A stretch of DNA of 64,000 bases, taken from contig SLPB01000071.1 of the NCBI GenBank assembly GCA_007132225.1, positions 13,811 to 77,810 on the forward strand, read 5' to 3'. Position numbers and translations under genes: made by a program. Source of the stretch: Bacteroidales bacterium (lineage in GTDB: Bacteria > Bacteroidota > Bacteroidia > Bacteroidales > PUMT01). This document shows, one piece after another, positions 50,536-60,517 of this stretch (position 1 is the stretch's first letter; the number at the start of each line of letters is the position of its first letter). Below the pieces are notes generated by a model. It had not been told where the DNA came from. It ran no database searches and saw only the letters and a program-made list of their open reading frames with translations.

Positions 50536-51681
50536 TTACAGGGAGGCACCCATGTCATTATTTTTATAAGTAAGGTGCCCTATAATTTTTTTGGCTGCTC
50601 TCCGTGAAGCACCGGCTCCTCCAAGTAAACTTTTTAAATAATTAAACTCTTCTGCCATCATCTCTCTTACTTTCTTATCAAACAATAACCTGTCAAGCTC
50701 ATATTTTAGATTCTCAGTGCTTAATTCATTTTGCACAAGCTCCTTAACAACTTCCTTCCCAATAATGAGGTTAACCAGCGATATATATCTAACCTTTATA
50801 AATTTTTTTGCAATGGCATAGGATAAAAAGGATCCACGGTAACAAACAACAAGCGGAACGCCAAGAAGGGCAGTTTCCAGTGTGGCCGTTCCGCTGACCA
50901 CCATTGCTGCGGCAGATTGCTGCAATATTTCATAGGTCTGATTAAAGAGTACCGGAACCTTGCTTCGGGTATATTTTTCATAAATAGCAGGATCAACAGA
51001 AGGTGCGCCGGCAACAACAAACTGGTAGTCCGGGTAATGCCCGGTAACAGAAAGCATCAGGGGCAGGCATTTTTCAATCTCCTGCACACGGCTGCCTGCC
51101 AGAACAGCAATAACAGGCCTGGCAGAAAGTTTATTTCTTTTATTAAATTCAACAAAGCTCTCCCCTCTGCCGGGGCGGGATTCAATTGCATCAATCAGGG
51201 GGTTACCCACGTATTCCACTTTATACCCGAATTTTTTATAAAACCCTGTTTCAAAAGGAAAAATGGTGAGCATGTGGTCCACATATCTTTTGATTACCTT
51301 GACCCTGGATTGATTCCAGGCCCAAACCTTGGGAGAGATATAATAAAAGACTTTAGTATCCAGTTTGCTCGCAAATTTGGCAATACGCAGGTTGAAACCA
51401 GGATAATCTATCAGTATAAGGGCATCGGGCATAAATTGGCTAATATCTTTTTTACAAAGTCTAAAGCCGGATAAAATAGTTCCTGCATTTTTAACAACTT
51501 CCCAAAACCCCATAAAAGAGCTTTTATTGATATGCCGCACAATTTGACCTCCGGCTTCAATCATCAGATCTCCTCCCCAGAACCTGATTTCAGCCTCCCG
51601 GTCCGCCAGCTGCAATTCTTTTATCAGCCGCGATCCGTGAAGATCACCTGATGCCTCGCCGGCAATAATGTAGTATCTCAT
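50536..51681 (-). CDS. lpxB: Lipid A disaccharide synthase
   Basis: YYIIAGEASGDLHG, LIDYPGFN, YYISPKVWAW, YVGNPL, LAGSR..E, SGTATLE. Confidence 0.97.
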   Translation of the reverse strand: MRYYIIAGEASGDLHGSRLIKELQLADREAEIRFWGGDLMIEAGGQIVRHINKSSFMGFWEVVKNAGTILSGFRLCKKDISQFMPDALILIDYPGFNLRIAKFASKLDTKVFYYISPKVWAWNQSRVKVIKRYVDHMLTIFPFETGFYKKFGYKVEYVGNPLIDAIESRPGRGESFVEFNKRNKLSARPVIAVLAGSRVQEIEKCLPLMLSVTGHYPDYQFVVAGAPSVDPAIYEKYTRSKVPVLFNQTYEILQQSAAAMVVSGTATLETALLGVPLVVCYRGSFLSYAIAKKFIKVRYISLVNLIIGKEVVKELVQNELSTENLKYELDRLLFDKKVREMMAEEFNYLKSLLGGAGASRRAAKKIIGHLTYKNNDMGASL

Positions 51682-51685
51682 ATAG

Positions 51686-51982
51686 TCAGGAGGTAATCTT
51701 TATAATTAATACCAGGCCTGCAAAAACAAATGTAGCCAGCAACACTCCTCGTGCAGAAAACAGGTAATTTTTCCTGATGAACAGGTAAAAAAGCACCAGG
51801 TTGGGCAGTATATTAAGGCTTAACAAGGATGAAAGCACACCTCTGAAATATGTGTATTCCAGAAACTCTGTCAATGTAATATCCCTGTAGCGGAAAAGAT
51901 AAAAAATAATAAGCGAAACTACAGGAAGTATTAATCCTGAAAGAAAACCTGTCTTCTGGGAATTAAATGCTAACTTTTGCAT
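51686..51982 (-). CDS. Small 3-TM hypothetical membrane protein between surE and lpxB
   Basis: 98 aa, hydrophobic; abuts both neighbours on the same strand. Confidence 0.75.
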   Translation of the reverse strand: MQKLAFNSQKTGFLSGLILPVVSLIIFYLFRYRDITLTEFLEYTYFRGVLSSLLSLNILPNLVLFYLFIRKNYLFSARGVLLATFVFAGLVLIIKITS

Positions 51983-52754
51983 ATTCAGATTTGAGTTTGG
52001 CCATTGCAGTTATCTCCGAAAAATCTGTCCGTACCGGTACGACAGAAACATATTGGTTTTTAAGCGCCCATTCATCGGTGTCTTCAGCGTCAGACTCATA
52101 ATTTTTAAAATACCCGGTAAGCCAGAAGTACTCGCGGCGATGAGGATCGGTACGTTTGTCAAACTCCTCTATCCACACACCACGTGCCTGCCTGCAAATT
52201 TTAATGCCTTTTATATCATCGGGAGGAAGTTTGGGGAAATTAACATTAAGACATACACCATCAGGTAGTCCATTGAGTAAAGTGTTCTTAATAATTATCT
52301 CACCGTAAAGCACAGATGTGGCAAAATCCGGTCTTGATGAAAAATCAGTCAGTGACAAACCTATCGAGGGGATCCCGTGCAATCCTCCTTCAATCGCAGC
52401 GGCCATGGTTCCACTGTAAACAACTGATATTGACGAATTCGAACCATGATTTATTCCTGACAAAATAATGTCAGGTTTTCGATCAAGAATCTGATTTATA
52501 CCAAGTTTAACACAATCTGCGGGATTGCCCGAACATGAATACATAACAAAGCTGCCTTCATCCCTTATCTTGTTTACACGTAAAGGATACTTTATGGTTA
52601 TTGCATGCGACATCCCCGACCGACCCTCATCCGGGGCTATAACAACGACATCTCCAAATTTCCTGGCAAGTTCGTTCAGCGTCTTTATTCCCGGGGAATT
52701 TATCCCGTCATCATTGGTGACCAGTATGAGCGGTTTATTATTATTTGTTTTCAA
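51963..52754 (-). CDS. surE: 5'/3'-nucleotidase SurE
   Basis: LILVTNDDGI, SGMSHAIT, SGNPADCV, SGINHG.N, YSGTMAAA. Likely start TTG 52754; the ORF track gives 52814. Confidence 0.96.
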   Translation of the reverse strand: MKTNNNKPLILVTNDDGINSPGIKTLNELARKFGDVVVIAPDEGRSGMSHAITIKYPLRVNKIRDEGSFVMYSCSGNPADCVKLGINQILDRKPDIILSGINHGSNSSISVVYSGTMAAAIEGGLHGIPSIGLSLTDFSSRPDFATSVLYGEIIIKNTLLNGLPDGVCLNVNFPKLPPDDIKGIKICRQARGVWIEEFDKRTDPHRREYFWLTGYFKNYESDAEDTDEWALKNQYVSVVPVRTDFSEITAMAKLKSEYAKVSI

Positions 52755-52878
52755 TACTTTATCTTTTAAAATATTAGAATTTACAAATATATTTATTTGG
52801 CAGAGAGTTTCCATAGAATTTCTCTATTATAGTGAATGATTTATGCTGATTATACCAATGAATTTTTGATTTTATATT

Positions 52879-52886
52879 TACTTTTG
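52879..52886 (+). promoter_or_regulatory. -7 element for pheT
   Basis: TACTTTTG matches TAnnTTTG, 44 nt upstream of the ATG. Confidence 0.55.
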
Positions 52887-52930
52887 CGTACTTTGAAAAC
52901 AACAAAAATTGCCAAAAGCATAAATAAATA

Positions 52931-55387
52931 ATGAAGATATCTTACAATTGGCTGAAAGAATACCTGCCGACAAATATTAAACCTGGAAAAATATCCGAAA
53001 TACTAACCAGTATAGGCCTTGAGGTGGAAGGGACAGAACTTTACCAGTCCGTGAAAGGCGGACTCGAGGGCGTTGTTGCGGGAAGAGTGGTTTCATGTTT
53101 AAAACATCCTGATGCTGATAAACTGAGCCTTACAAAAGTAGATACCGGTATTGGCAGAAATCTTCAAATAGTTTGCGGAGCACCAAATATAGCTGAGGGA
53201 CAAAATGTTTTGGTTGCAACTGTGGGTACAACACTTTATAAGAATGACAAGAGTTTAACAATAAAAAAAACCAGAATCCGCGGAGAAACCTCTGAGGGAA
53301 TGATCTGTGCGGAAGACGAACTCGGACTGGGAGATTCCCACGATGGAATTATGGTGCTGGATGAAAATACCGAACCCGGGACTCCCGCATCTGAATATTT
53401 TAAACTTGAAAGTGATACTGTCTTTGAAATAGGTCTTACTCCTAACCGTATCGATGCTGCCTCTCATTACGGGGTTGCACGTGATCTTGCTGCCTGGCTT
53501 GGCCAGAATGAAGAAGTTAAATTACTCCGTCCGGATGTCGAAAGTTTTGAATCCGATAATAATGATTATCCCATTGAGATAATAATCCGCGACCCTGAAA
53601 ACTGTATACGTTACTCCGGGTTAACAATCTCGGGAGTTACCGTCGCTGCCTCACCGCTTTGGCTTCAAAACAGGCTGAAAGCAATAGGGCTGAAGCCCAT
53701 AAACAATATAGTGGATATAACCAATTACGTATTGCATGAAACAGGCCAGCCGCTGCATGCCTTCAATTCTGACAAAATCAAAGGAAACAGGGTAATTATC
53801 GGCCAGCTTCCCGGGGGGACTAAAATGGTTACACTGGATGAGCAGGAACGGGAATTATCCTCAGAAGACCTTATGATCTGCAACACAGAGGAAGGGATGT
53901 GTATAGCGGGAGTTTTTGGTGGTATTAACAGTGCCGTCGACGAAAATACTACCAGCATATTCCTGGAGAGTGCCTGTTTTAACCCCGTGTCGGTCCGAAA
54001 AACAGCCCGCAGGCATGCTTTAAGCACCGACGCCTCCTTCCGGTTCGAACGCGGCACTGATCCCTCGGCTACTGTTTATGCGCTTAAAAGGGCAGCAATG
54101 CTGATAAAGATGATAGCCGGAGGTAAGATATCATCAGAGATTACTGATATTTACCCGAACCCTGCAGAACCAGTAAAACTGGAACTTGACCTGGTTTATG
54201 TAAAAAGACTGGTCGGAGAGGAAATTCCTGCAGCCAAAATAAAAAGGATACTCAGCCTCCTGGATTTTCAACTCAGTAATGAAAAGCAAGGAAAACTCCA
54301 TCTGGAAATACCGCTTTACCGGATTGATGTGACAAGGCCGGCTGATGTTGTTGAGGAAATTTTGCGTATTTATGGTTACAACAAGGTTTCGATTCCCCAT
54401 ACAGTCCATTCAATACTTTCATATTCTAAAAAGCCGGATAAGGAAAAATATACACATGCTGTTGCTGATATGCTTACCAGTCTGGGATTTAATGAAATAA
54501 TGTCCAACTCCCTCACCAGTTCAGGTTATTACAGGGGCTTGTCTGTTCTTCCGGAAGAAAACCTGGTGCAAATCATCAATCCGCTTAGTAATGATCTGAA
54601 CAGCATGAGGCAAACATTGCTTTTCGGGGGACTTGAGGCTGTATCATATAATTCAAACAGGAAAAATTCTGATCTTAAGCTTTATGAATTCGGTAACGTT
54701 TACTCTCGTTCAGGCAATGATCAGGCTAAGGGAGATCTTCGTAATTACATGGAATCAGAACATCTGGCCCTGTTTGTTTCAGGGGCAGCCGGTGAGAATC
54801 TCTGGAACAGCAAAGAAAAAAAAGCAGACTTTTTTGACATCAAAGCTTATGTATCTCAAATATTTAAACGGACCGGCTGTGACCCCGAATTGTTTAAGGT
54901 TGAAGAGATACAAGATGATATCTACCTGTACGGACTGCAATTTTTTGCCGGAAACAGGATTATTGCTGAATATGGAGCTGTTCATCCTGAAATACTTGAA
55001 AAGGCAGGCATAAAAAATGAAGTTTTTTATGCAGATATAAGATGGGATGTTATGATAAGAGAAGCTTCCCAAACCAGTATTGTTTATTCAGAACTGCCAA
55101 AATATCCTGAAGTCAGAAGAGATCTGGCTATGGAACTTGATAAGGAGATAAAATTCCGGACTATAAGGGAAATCGCCCTTGAAACAGAAAAAAACCTTCT
55201 TCAAAGAATCAGTCTTTTCGATGTTTACCAGGGAGATAAAATAGAAAAAGGGAAGAAATCCTTTGCAATAAGTTTCTTCCTGCAGGATAGAAAAGGCACG
55301 TTAAAGGATAAGGAAATTGATTCAGTAATGGATAATCTGGCCAGGGCATTTGAAGATAAAGCCGGTGCGCGGATAAGAAAGCAATAA
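52931..55387 (+). CDS. pheT: Phenylalanine-tRNA ligase beta subunit
   Basis: MKISYNWLKEY, HPDADKL, IVCGAPN, LTPNRIDA, DASFRFERG, FDX-ACB domain KYPEVRRDLA. Confidence 0.98.
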   Translation: MKISYNWLKEYLPTNIKPGKISEILTSIGLEVEGTELYQSVKGGLEGVVAGRVVSCLKHPDADKLSLTKVDTGIGRNLQIVCGAPNIAEGQNVLVATVGTTLYKNDKSLTIKKTRIRGETSEGMICAEDELGLGDSHDGIMVLDENTEPGTPASEYFKLESDTVFEIGLTPNRIDAASHYGVARDLAAWLGQNEEVKLLRPDVESFESDNNDYPIEIIIRDPENCIRYSGLTISGVTVAASPLWLQNRLKAIGLKPINNIVDITNYVLHETGQPLHAFNSDKIKGNRVIIGQLPGGTKMVTLDEQERELSSEDLMICNTEEGMCIAGVFGGINSAVDENTTSIFLESACFNPVSVRKTARRHALSTDASFRFERGTDPSATVYALKRAAMLIKMIAGGKISSEITDIYPNPAEPVKLELDLVYVKRLVGEEIPAAKIKRILSLLDFQLSNEKQGKLHLEIPLYRIDVTRPADVVEEILRIYGYNKVSIPHTVHSILSYSKKPDKEKYTHAVADMLTSLGFNEIMSNSLTSSGYYRGLSVLPEENLVQIINPLSNDLNSMRQTLLFGGLEAVSYNSNRKNSDLKLYEFGNVYSRSGNDQAKGDLRNYMESEHLALFVSGAAGENLWNSKEKKADFFDIKAYVSQIFKRTGCDPELFKVEEIQDDIYLYGLQFFAGNRIIAEYGAVHPEILEKAGIKNEVFYADIRWDVMIREASQTSIVYSELPKYPEVRRDLAMELDKEIKFRTIREIALETEKNLLQRISLFDVYQGDKIEKGKKSFAISFFLQDRKGTLKDKEIDSVMDNLARAFEDKAGARIRKQ

Positions 55388-55649
55388 AAAATCATTAAGG
55401 ACAGACCATCAGGCATTCTGACATACCTTAATTGAGGGCTTGTAAAAATGCCGGCTGCCTGAACCAGTAACTATTTAACAATTATTTCCCCGGTAAGGTA
55501 AGATTTTTTTTTTCAGACCGTTTAACTAATGATAAAGCTTAAGTTAAAACTTATTTAAAAATAAACAGAAATTAATTACGTATATATCCAAAAACTTATT
55601 ATAAACATATTCGTGAAATCACGGGTAAAACCTTTAAAACTAAATTACC

Positions 55650-56075
55650 ATGAAAAACCTTCTCGCAATTTCAATTTTTGCCACTTTTTTCCTCTTGTTA
55701 GGCACTAACAATGAAGCAAATGCACAAAGACGCTATGTTGACCATTCTACTGTAGATGGAGTAGACATTCAATACAGATGGGCAAATTCAAAATGGCTGG
55801 ACAGAAACAGTCCACTTGAGCTAAGACTTAAAATAAAAAATAATAACGACTATCCGGTTGAAATCAGTTATGTTATCGAGTTTTATATGGGAACAACCAT
55901 GGAAGAAACCAGCGATGTTACAGAATTGTGCATCAACCCCAAGCTTGCAAAAACAGGCAGGATCAACGGAATGTATTACAGGAGCAGTTCGCTTAGCAAT
56001 CAGCAAATTGAATCCGATGACTTTTCATGGGAGATACATGATCTGGAAATAGAGAGAGTAGAGAGTTGTCAATAA
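55650..56075 (+). CDS. Hypothetical secreted protein
   Basis: Signal peptide MKNLLAISIFATFFLLLGT..ANA; 141 aa, beta-rich, two Cys. Confidence 0.75.
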   Translation: MKNLLAISIFATFFLLLGTNNEANAQRRYVDHSTVDGVDIQYRWANSKWLDRNSPLELRLKIKNNNDYPVEISYVIEFYMGTTMEETSDVTELCINPKLAKTGRINGMYYRSSSLSNQQIESDDFSWEIHDLEIERVESCQ

Positions 56076-56197
56076 GCCACTTGCCTGACTGACTGAAGTA
56101 ATTATATTACAAAAATATGAGGATCTTATTTGAGTATTTTGGTTTTTTTTATACTTTTAGCCTCTTCAAACATCAAATTATTTAATTAAATCACATC

Positions 56198-57409
56198 ATG
56201 GTTACAACAAAAAAAATAAAAGGAGTAATTGGCATCCTTACGGGTGGCGGAGATGTCCCTGGACTGAATCCTGCAATCAGGGCAGTAACGATCAGGGCGA
56301 TTCGTGAAGGCTACAAAGTTATTGGTATACGCCGTGGCTGGGCAGGCATAATGGAAATGAAACCCGACCCCAAAGCAAACAACAAAGCCTATTACATTGA
56401 GTTGACAGAAGAGATAGTTAACAGGGCCGGACGCACAGGTGGTACGTTTCTGCACAGTTCACGTACCAATCCGAGCAAAGTAAAAAAGATACATATACCA
56501 GATCATCTTAAGGATAAATACAAAGATGATATCAATGATCTGACTCCTGAGGTACTGAAGAACCTGGCATTTCTTGGTATAGATTTCATGATCCCTATCG
56601 GAGGAGATGACACCCTGAGCTATGGAGTTAGATTGTACAAGGAGGGAGTAAAGGTTATAGCTATTCCAAAAACAATGGATAATGATGTGCCCGGAACCGA
56701 CTATTGTATAGGATTCAGTACCTGCATCACCCGTACCATTATGATGACCCACATATTGCGCACCTCAGCGGGTTCTCATGAACGTTTTCTTGTTCTTGAA
56801 GTTTTTGGAAGGTACGCCGGATTCACAGCTATGCTTCCAACTATGGCAGGAGCAGCAAACCGCTGCGTAATACCTGAATACAAGTTTGATGTGGAGAAAC
56901 TTACCAAGCTGATGGTGGAAGACCGCAAGAAGAACCCCAGTAATTATTCAGTAGTTCTTATTTCTGAAGGAGCAATGTACCAGGGGGGGGAAATGGTTTT
57001 CCAGAGCCAGGAGAAAGATGCTTACGGGCATGCTAAACTTGGAGGAATAGGAGACCTTGTATCCAACGAGATGACGAAGATCTCATCAAAATTTAACGGA
57101 GGTACTCCAATAAACGTAATCAATCAGAAACTGGGATATCTTGTAAGAGGTGGCGATCCTGATGCCATTGACTCCATTGTACCTATGGCTTTTGGGAACC
57201 TTGCCCTTGACCTTATCCTTAAAGGTATACACGGAAGGCTCGTTGTACTTCAGAACGGACGCTACGATAATGTACCTATAGATGTTGTTACAAGTACCAA
57301 GAAACTGGTGGATGTCAAAAAGCACTACAATATCGAAAGGTTAAGACCCATTTACGAGAGTTTTGAAATGAAACCGCTTTTTTTGATGACCGGAGAGACA
57401 GATAACTAG
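56198..57409 (+). CDS. pfkA: 6-phosphofructokinase (PfkA family) with a PPi-type signature
   Basis: ILTGGGDVPGLN, GGTFLHSSR, GGDDT, PKTMDND, EVFGRYAGF, LGYLVRGG. Confidence 0.9.
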   Translation: MVTTKKIKGVIGILTGGGDVPGLNPAIRAVTIRAIREGYKVIGIRRGWAGIMEMKPDPKANNKAYYIELTEEIVNRAGRTGGTFLHSSRTNPSKVKKIHIPDHLKDKYKDDINDLTPEVLKNLAFLGIDFMIPIGGDDTLSYGVRLYKEGVKVIAIPKTMDNDVPGTDYCIGFSTCITRTIMMTHILRTSAGSHERFLVLEVFGRYAGFTAMLPTMAGAANRCVIPEYKFDVEKLTKLMVEDRKKNPSNYSVVLISEGAMYQGGEMVFQSQEKDAYGHAKLGGIGDLVSNEMTKISSKFNGGTPINVINQKLGYLVRGGDPDAIDSIVPMAFGNLALDLILKGIHGRLVVLQNGRYDNVPIDVVTSTKKLVDVKKHYNIERLRPIYESFEMKPLFLMTGETDN

Positions 57410-57441
57410 AGTTTGAAAGTTCAATGTTGCAATTGCAGCAG

Positions 57442-57500
57442 TTTCCGCTTTACAACAAAAGCCCTGCAGGAGATGCAGGGCTTTTGTTGTAAAGCGGAAA
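57442..57500. terminator. Long perfect hairpin between convergent genes (bidirectional terminator-like)
   Basis: 27-bp perfect inverted repeat TTTCCGCTTTACAACAAAAGCCCTGCA-ggaga-TGCAGGGCTTTTGTTGTAAAGCGGAAA. Confidence 0.85.
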
Positions 57501-57524
57501 AACTCACCAATTAAGTTTCCCTGC

Positions 57525-58883
57525 TCAAAACCTAAAATCCAGGCCTATGGCAAAAACCATTGCATCACGATTATAGATTTCCCTGATTGTTGGAAATACC
57601 TCTTTTGAGTCCTCCAGGTAAAACGTCCTCATAAAGCCCAGGTTAACGGCTACCATCTCATTAATTATATAATGTCCGCCCAAACCAAATGAATTGGTAG
57701 AAAGACTATGACTTAGATCATTGTGATAATCCTCGTTAACGCCTGTTTGGGTGCGAAGGTAGCCTGCACTTATAAGAAAGCTTTCTGTCAGGCTGTATTC
57801 CAGTCCCAAAGCCAGTTCAACGAAATTATTGTCGATGATATCCCTATTTGGCAGTTCCCTTCCATAATCGGCTGTTTTATCAAAGTAATAGTGCATACCA
57901 CCAGCAATATTAACCCTTGGTGTCACTTTATAGGCTGCGCCGAAAGAAAGCATAGCAGGCATGTCACTGCGGGTCTTTTGCCCATCGGGAAACATTCCGG
58001 TTCCGTCAATGGTAGTTTCATTTTCCAGCTCAAGCCTTGTAAGAAACTCATATTTAATCCCAAAGTTAAGCCGTTCATTGGGCTTAATGCTCAATCCAAA
58101 AACGGGTATGATGGTGCTGCCCTTCTGGACTGCCTCAACCTCTGCATCTGCTGTTATGTTATCAATTGCATCAGCAGTTGCGAGAGTCTCGGACCGGACC
58201 TCTTCTGGTTGTGTCGGGGCAACATAATCTCTCAAATAGGTTCCGGGCCTCATCCATCCAGCAGGTGTACTGACTTCTATGTTCCTGAGATATCCCTCAT
58301 AACTGTTGGAAGCTGTTACGTAGCGTGCGGCACCGGAAACCGACACAACATCGTTAATTTCATATGAGACACCTAACTGGCTTCCAAAAAATATAGAGCT
58401 GCCCTCAAAGTACACTTCATTTCTGTAACCGCTCACTCCAGTAGGCTCAAGAAGCGGAACCAGTCCGGCAACACTTGTGGCAAAAGAGGGTAATCCGTCT
58501 TCATATTCCGCTCCCCCACCACCACCAACAGGATTAAAGCCAAAAGAAAAAGTGAGGTTTCCGGTTTTATAGGCTGCATAAATACCGGGAAATAACGGAG
58601 CAGAAACCTCCCCTTGAAACTCATTTCGGTTCAGTAATGGAAGCTGGTTATCAATTTTGCGGATCTGGGAAATTACTTGGTTGTTGAGCGATAAATGAAA
58701 ACCATCAGAAAGACCGGTTAATCCGGCAGGATTGTAATATACAGCATCAATACCAAGTGAGGCACTACGCGCAGGCATCCTGACATAGGAAGCACTTTGA
58801 TTGGTATTGGTCATAATACCACCGGCATAGGCCATGCTTGCAGTAATCCCTAAAGAAACAAACAGAATAAAATATTTTTTCAT
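57525..58883 (-). CDS. FadL/TodX-family outer-membrane transporter
   Basis: Signal peptide, then GGIMTNTNQSASYVRMPAR..S..IDAVYYNPAG hatch motif; C-terminal GLDFRF. Confidence 0.85.
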   Translation of the reverse strand: MKKYFILFVSLGITASMAYAGGIMTNTNQSASYVRMPARSASLGIDAVYYNPAGLTGLSDGFHLSLNNQVISQIRKIDNQLPLLNRNEFQGEVSAPLFPGIYAAYKTGNLTFSFGFNPVGGGGGAEYEDGLPSFATSVAGLVPLLEPTGVSGYRNEVYFEGSSIFFGSQLGVSYEINDVVSVSGAARYVTASNSYEGYLRNIEVSTPAGWMRPGTYLRDYVAPTQPEEVRSETLATADAIDNITADAEVEAVQKGSTIIPVFGLSIKPNERLNFGIKYEFLTRLELENETTIDGTGMFPDGQKTRSDMPAMLSFGAAYKVTPRVNIAGGMHYYFDKTADYGRELPNRDIIDNNFVELALGLEYSLTESFLISAGYLRTQTGVNEDYHNDLSHSLSTNSFGLGGHYIINEMVAVNLGFMRTFYLEDSKEVFPTIREIYNRDAMVFAIGLDFRF

Positions 58884-59076
58884 AATTTAAGATTAATGTG
58901 ATGTGATTTTAAAAGATATTTACAAATAAACAAAAATTATTTCGACCCGTTTTGAGAAAAAATCCAAAACTCAGCACATAAAAACATCTATTAAAAAGAG
59001 TTAAATATAGTTGACCGGCGGGAAAAAATTCACTACTTTTATTGTTATTCTTTTTGCTTTTTTAAAGCCAGAGCCT

Positions 59077-59439
59077 ATGAAGCACCATTTTACCCTTTTA
59101 TTTACACTTTGTATAAGTATTTGTTTAACCGGTCAGTCATTGCAGCCGGACATGACTGTTGCAACGGATGAAACATTTAAACTTTCCGACTTTCGCCTGA
59201 AAGTTTATCCCAACCCCGCAACTGATTTTATTAGGGTGGAATGGGAAACAACTGATCCATCCGAGTTTATTGTTGAACTATATGATCTTGTCGGCAGGAG
59301 GATTATTCGAAAGAAATCGGAATATCCTGAAAATAGTGTACAAATACAAATGCAATCCCTGAAAAGGTCTGCATATTTGTTGAAAGTCTATACCAGCGAT
59401 AGCAAATATTCTCGTACCCTCCGGATAGTTAAATACTGA
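59077..59439 (+). CDS. Small T9SS type-A C-terminal-domain protein
   Basis: Likely start ATG 59077 (MKHHFTLLFTLCISICLTG); LKVYPNPATDFI..., LYDLVGR, YLLKV, terminal RIVKY. Confidence 0.8.
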   Translation: MKHHFTLLFTLCISICLTGQSLQPDMTVATDETFKLSDFRLKVYPNPATDFIRVEWETTDPSEFIVELYDLVGRRIIRKKSEYPENSVQIQMQSLKRSAYLLKVYTSDSKYSRTLRIVKY

Positions 59440-59441
59440 AT

Positions 59442-60461
59442 TTAAAAACTGAACCGGGCTTCCGGCACCACACTTTGCAGGGCAAAATCTTTTTTAATGT
59501 ATTTATAATAGGCATTTATGGCTATCATTGCGGCATTATCAGTTGTGTACACTGGTTTTGGGAGGAACACCCTCCAGTTATATTTTTCCCCGTAAACCTT
59601 TAAAGCTCTCCTCAGGCTTGAGTTAGCCGCTACACCCCCGGCAATAGCAACCTGCTTTATCCCTGTCTGCCCGGATGCAATCAGAAGTTTATGCATAAGT
59701 ATTTCAACTATTGTGTACTGCAATGAGGCACAAAGATCGTTAAGGTTTGATTTTATGAATCCCGGCTCCTTTTTTTCATTGTCCCGGATAAAATAAAGAA
59801 ATGAGGTTTTCAGCCCGCTGAAACTATAATCCAGCTTCCCAACCAGGGGTCTGGAAAAGGTAAAAGAATTGCAATCACCTTTACCGGCATACTTGTCTAT
59901 CCAGGGCCCGCCAGGATAGGGTAATCCCATTATTTTTGCGCATTTGTCAAATGCCTCACCAGCAGCATCATCAATGGTCTGTCCCAGGATCTCCATAACG
60001 AGATGCTCTTTTACCATCACCAACTGAGTATGGCCTCCTGAAACAAGCAGGCAAAGAAATGGAAACTCAGGAGTTCCGGAGTCTGAACCTGGCTCTTTGA
60101 TAAAATGCACCAGGATATGTGCCTGCAAGTGATTGACCTCAATAAGAGGTATCCCCATGGAAAGAGCAAATCCCTTGGAAAATGAAGTTCCAACAAGCAG
60201 TGACCCCATAAGCCCGGGACCTCGGGTAAAACCAACAGCTGAAACATCCCTCTTTGATATACCTGCTTCACGGATTGCCATATCAACAACGGGAACAATA
60301 TTTTGCTGGTGGGCTCTTGAGGCAAGTTCCGGAACCACTCCTCCATATTTCCTGTGAACATCCTGACCTGCAATAACATTGGACCGTATTTCACCATCAA
60401 CAATGACCGCGGAAGATGTATCATCGCATGATGATTCAATACCAAGTATTATTTCTGACAT
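59442..60461 (-). CDS. tsaD: tRNA t6A37 threonylcarbamoyltransferase
   Basis: ILGIESSCDDTS, GGVVPELASRAH, GPGLMGSL, VNHLQAH, LVSGGHT, DDAAGEAFDK, TDNAAMIA. Confidence 0.98.
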   Translation of the reverse strand: MSEIILGIESSCDDTSSAVIVDGEIRSNVIAGQDVHRKYGGVVPELASRAHQQNIVPVVDMAIREAGISKRDVSAVGFTRGPGLMGSLLVGTSFSKGFALSMGIPLIEVNHLQAHILVHFIKEPGSDSGTPEFPFLCLLVSGGHTQLVMVKEHLVMEILGQTIDDAAGEAFDKCAKIMGLPYPGGPWIDKYAGKGDCNSFTFSRPLVGKLDYSFSGLKTSFLYFIRDNEKKEPGFIKSNLNDLCASLQYTIVEILMHKLLIASGQTGIKQVAIAGGVAANSSLRRALKVYGEKYNWRVFLPKPVYTTDNAAMIAINAYYKYIKKDFALQSVVPEARFSF

Positions 60462-60517
60462 TATTCTTCATTAAATAAACTAATTAGAAACTTTTTTCTT
60501 TTATTTTACGTTCAAAT

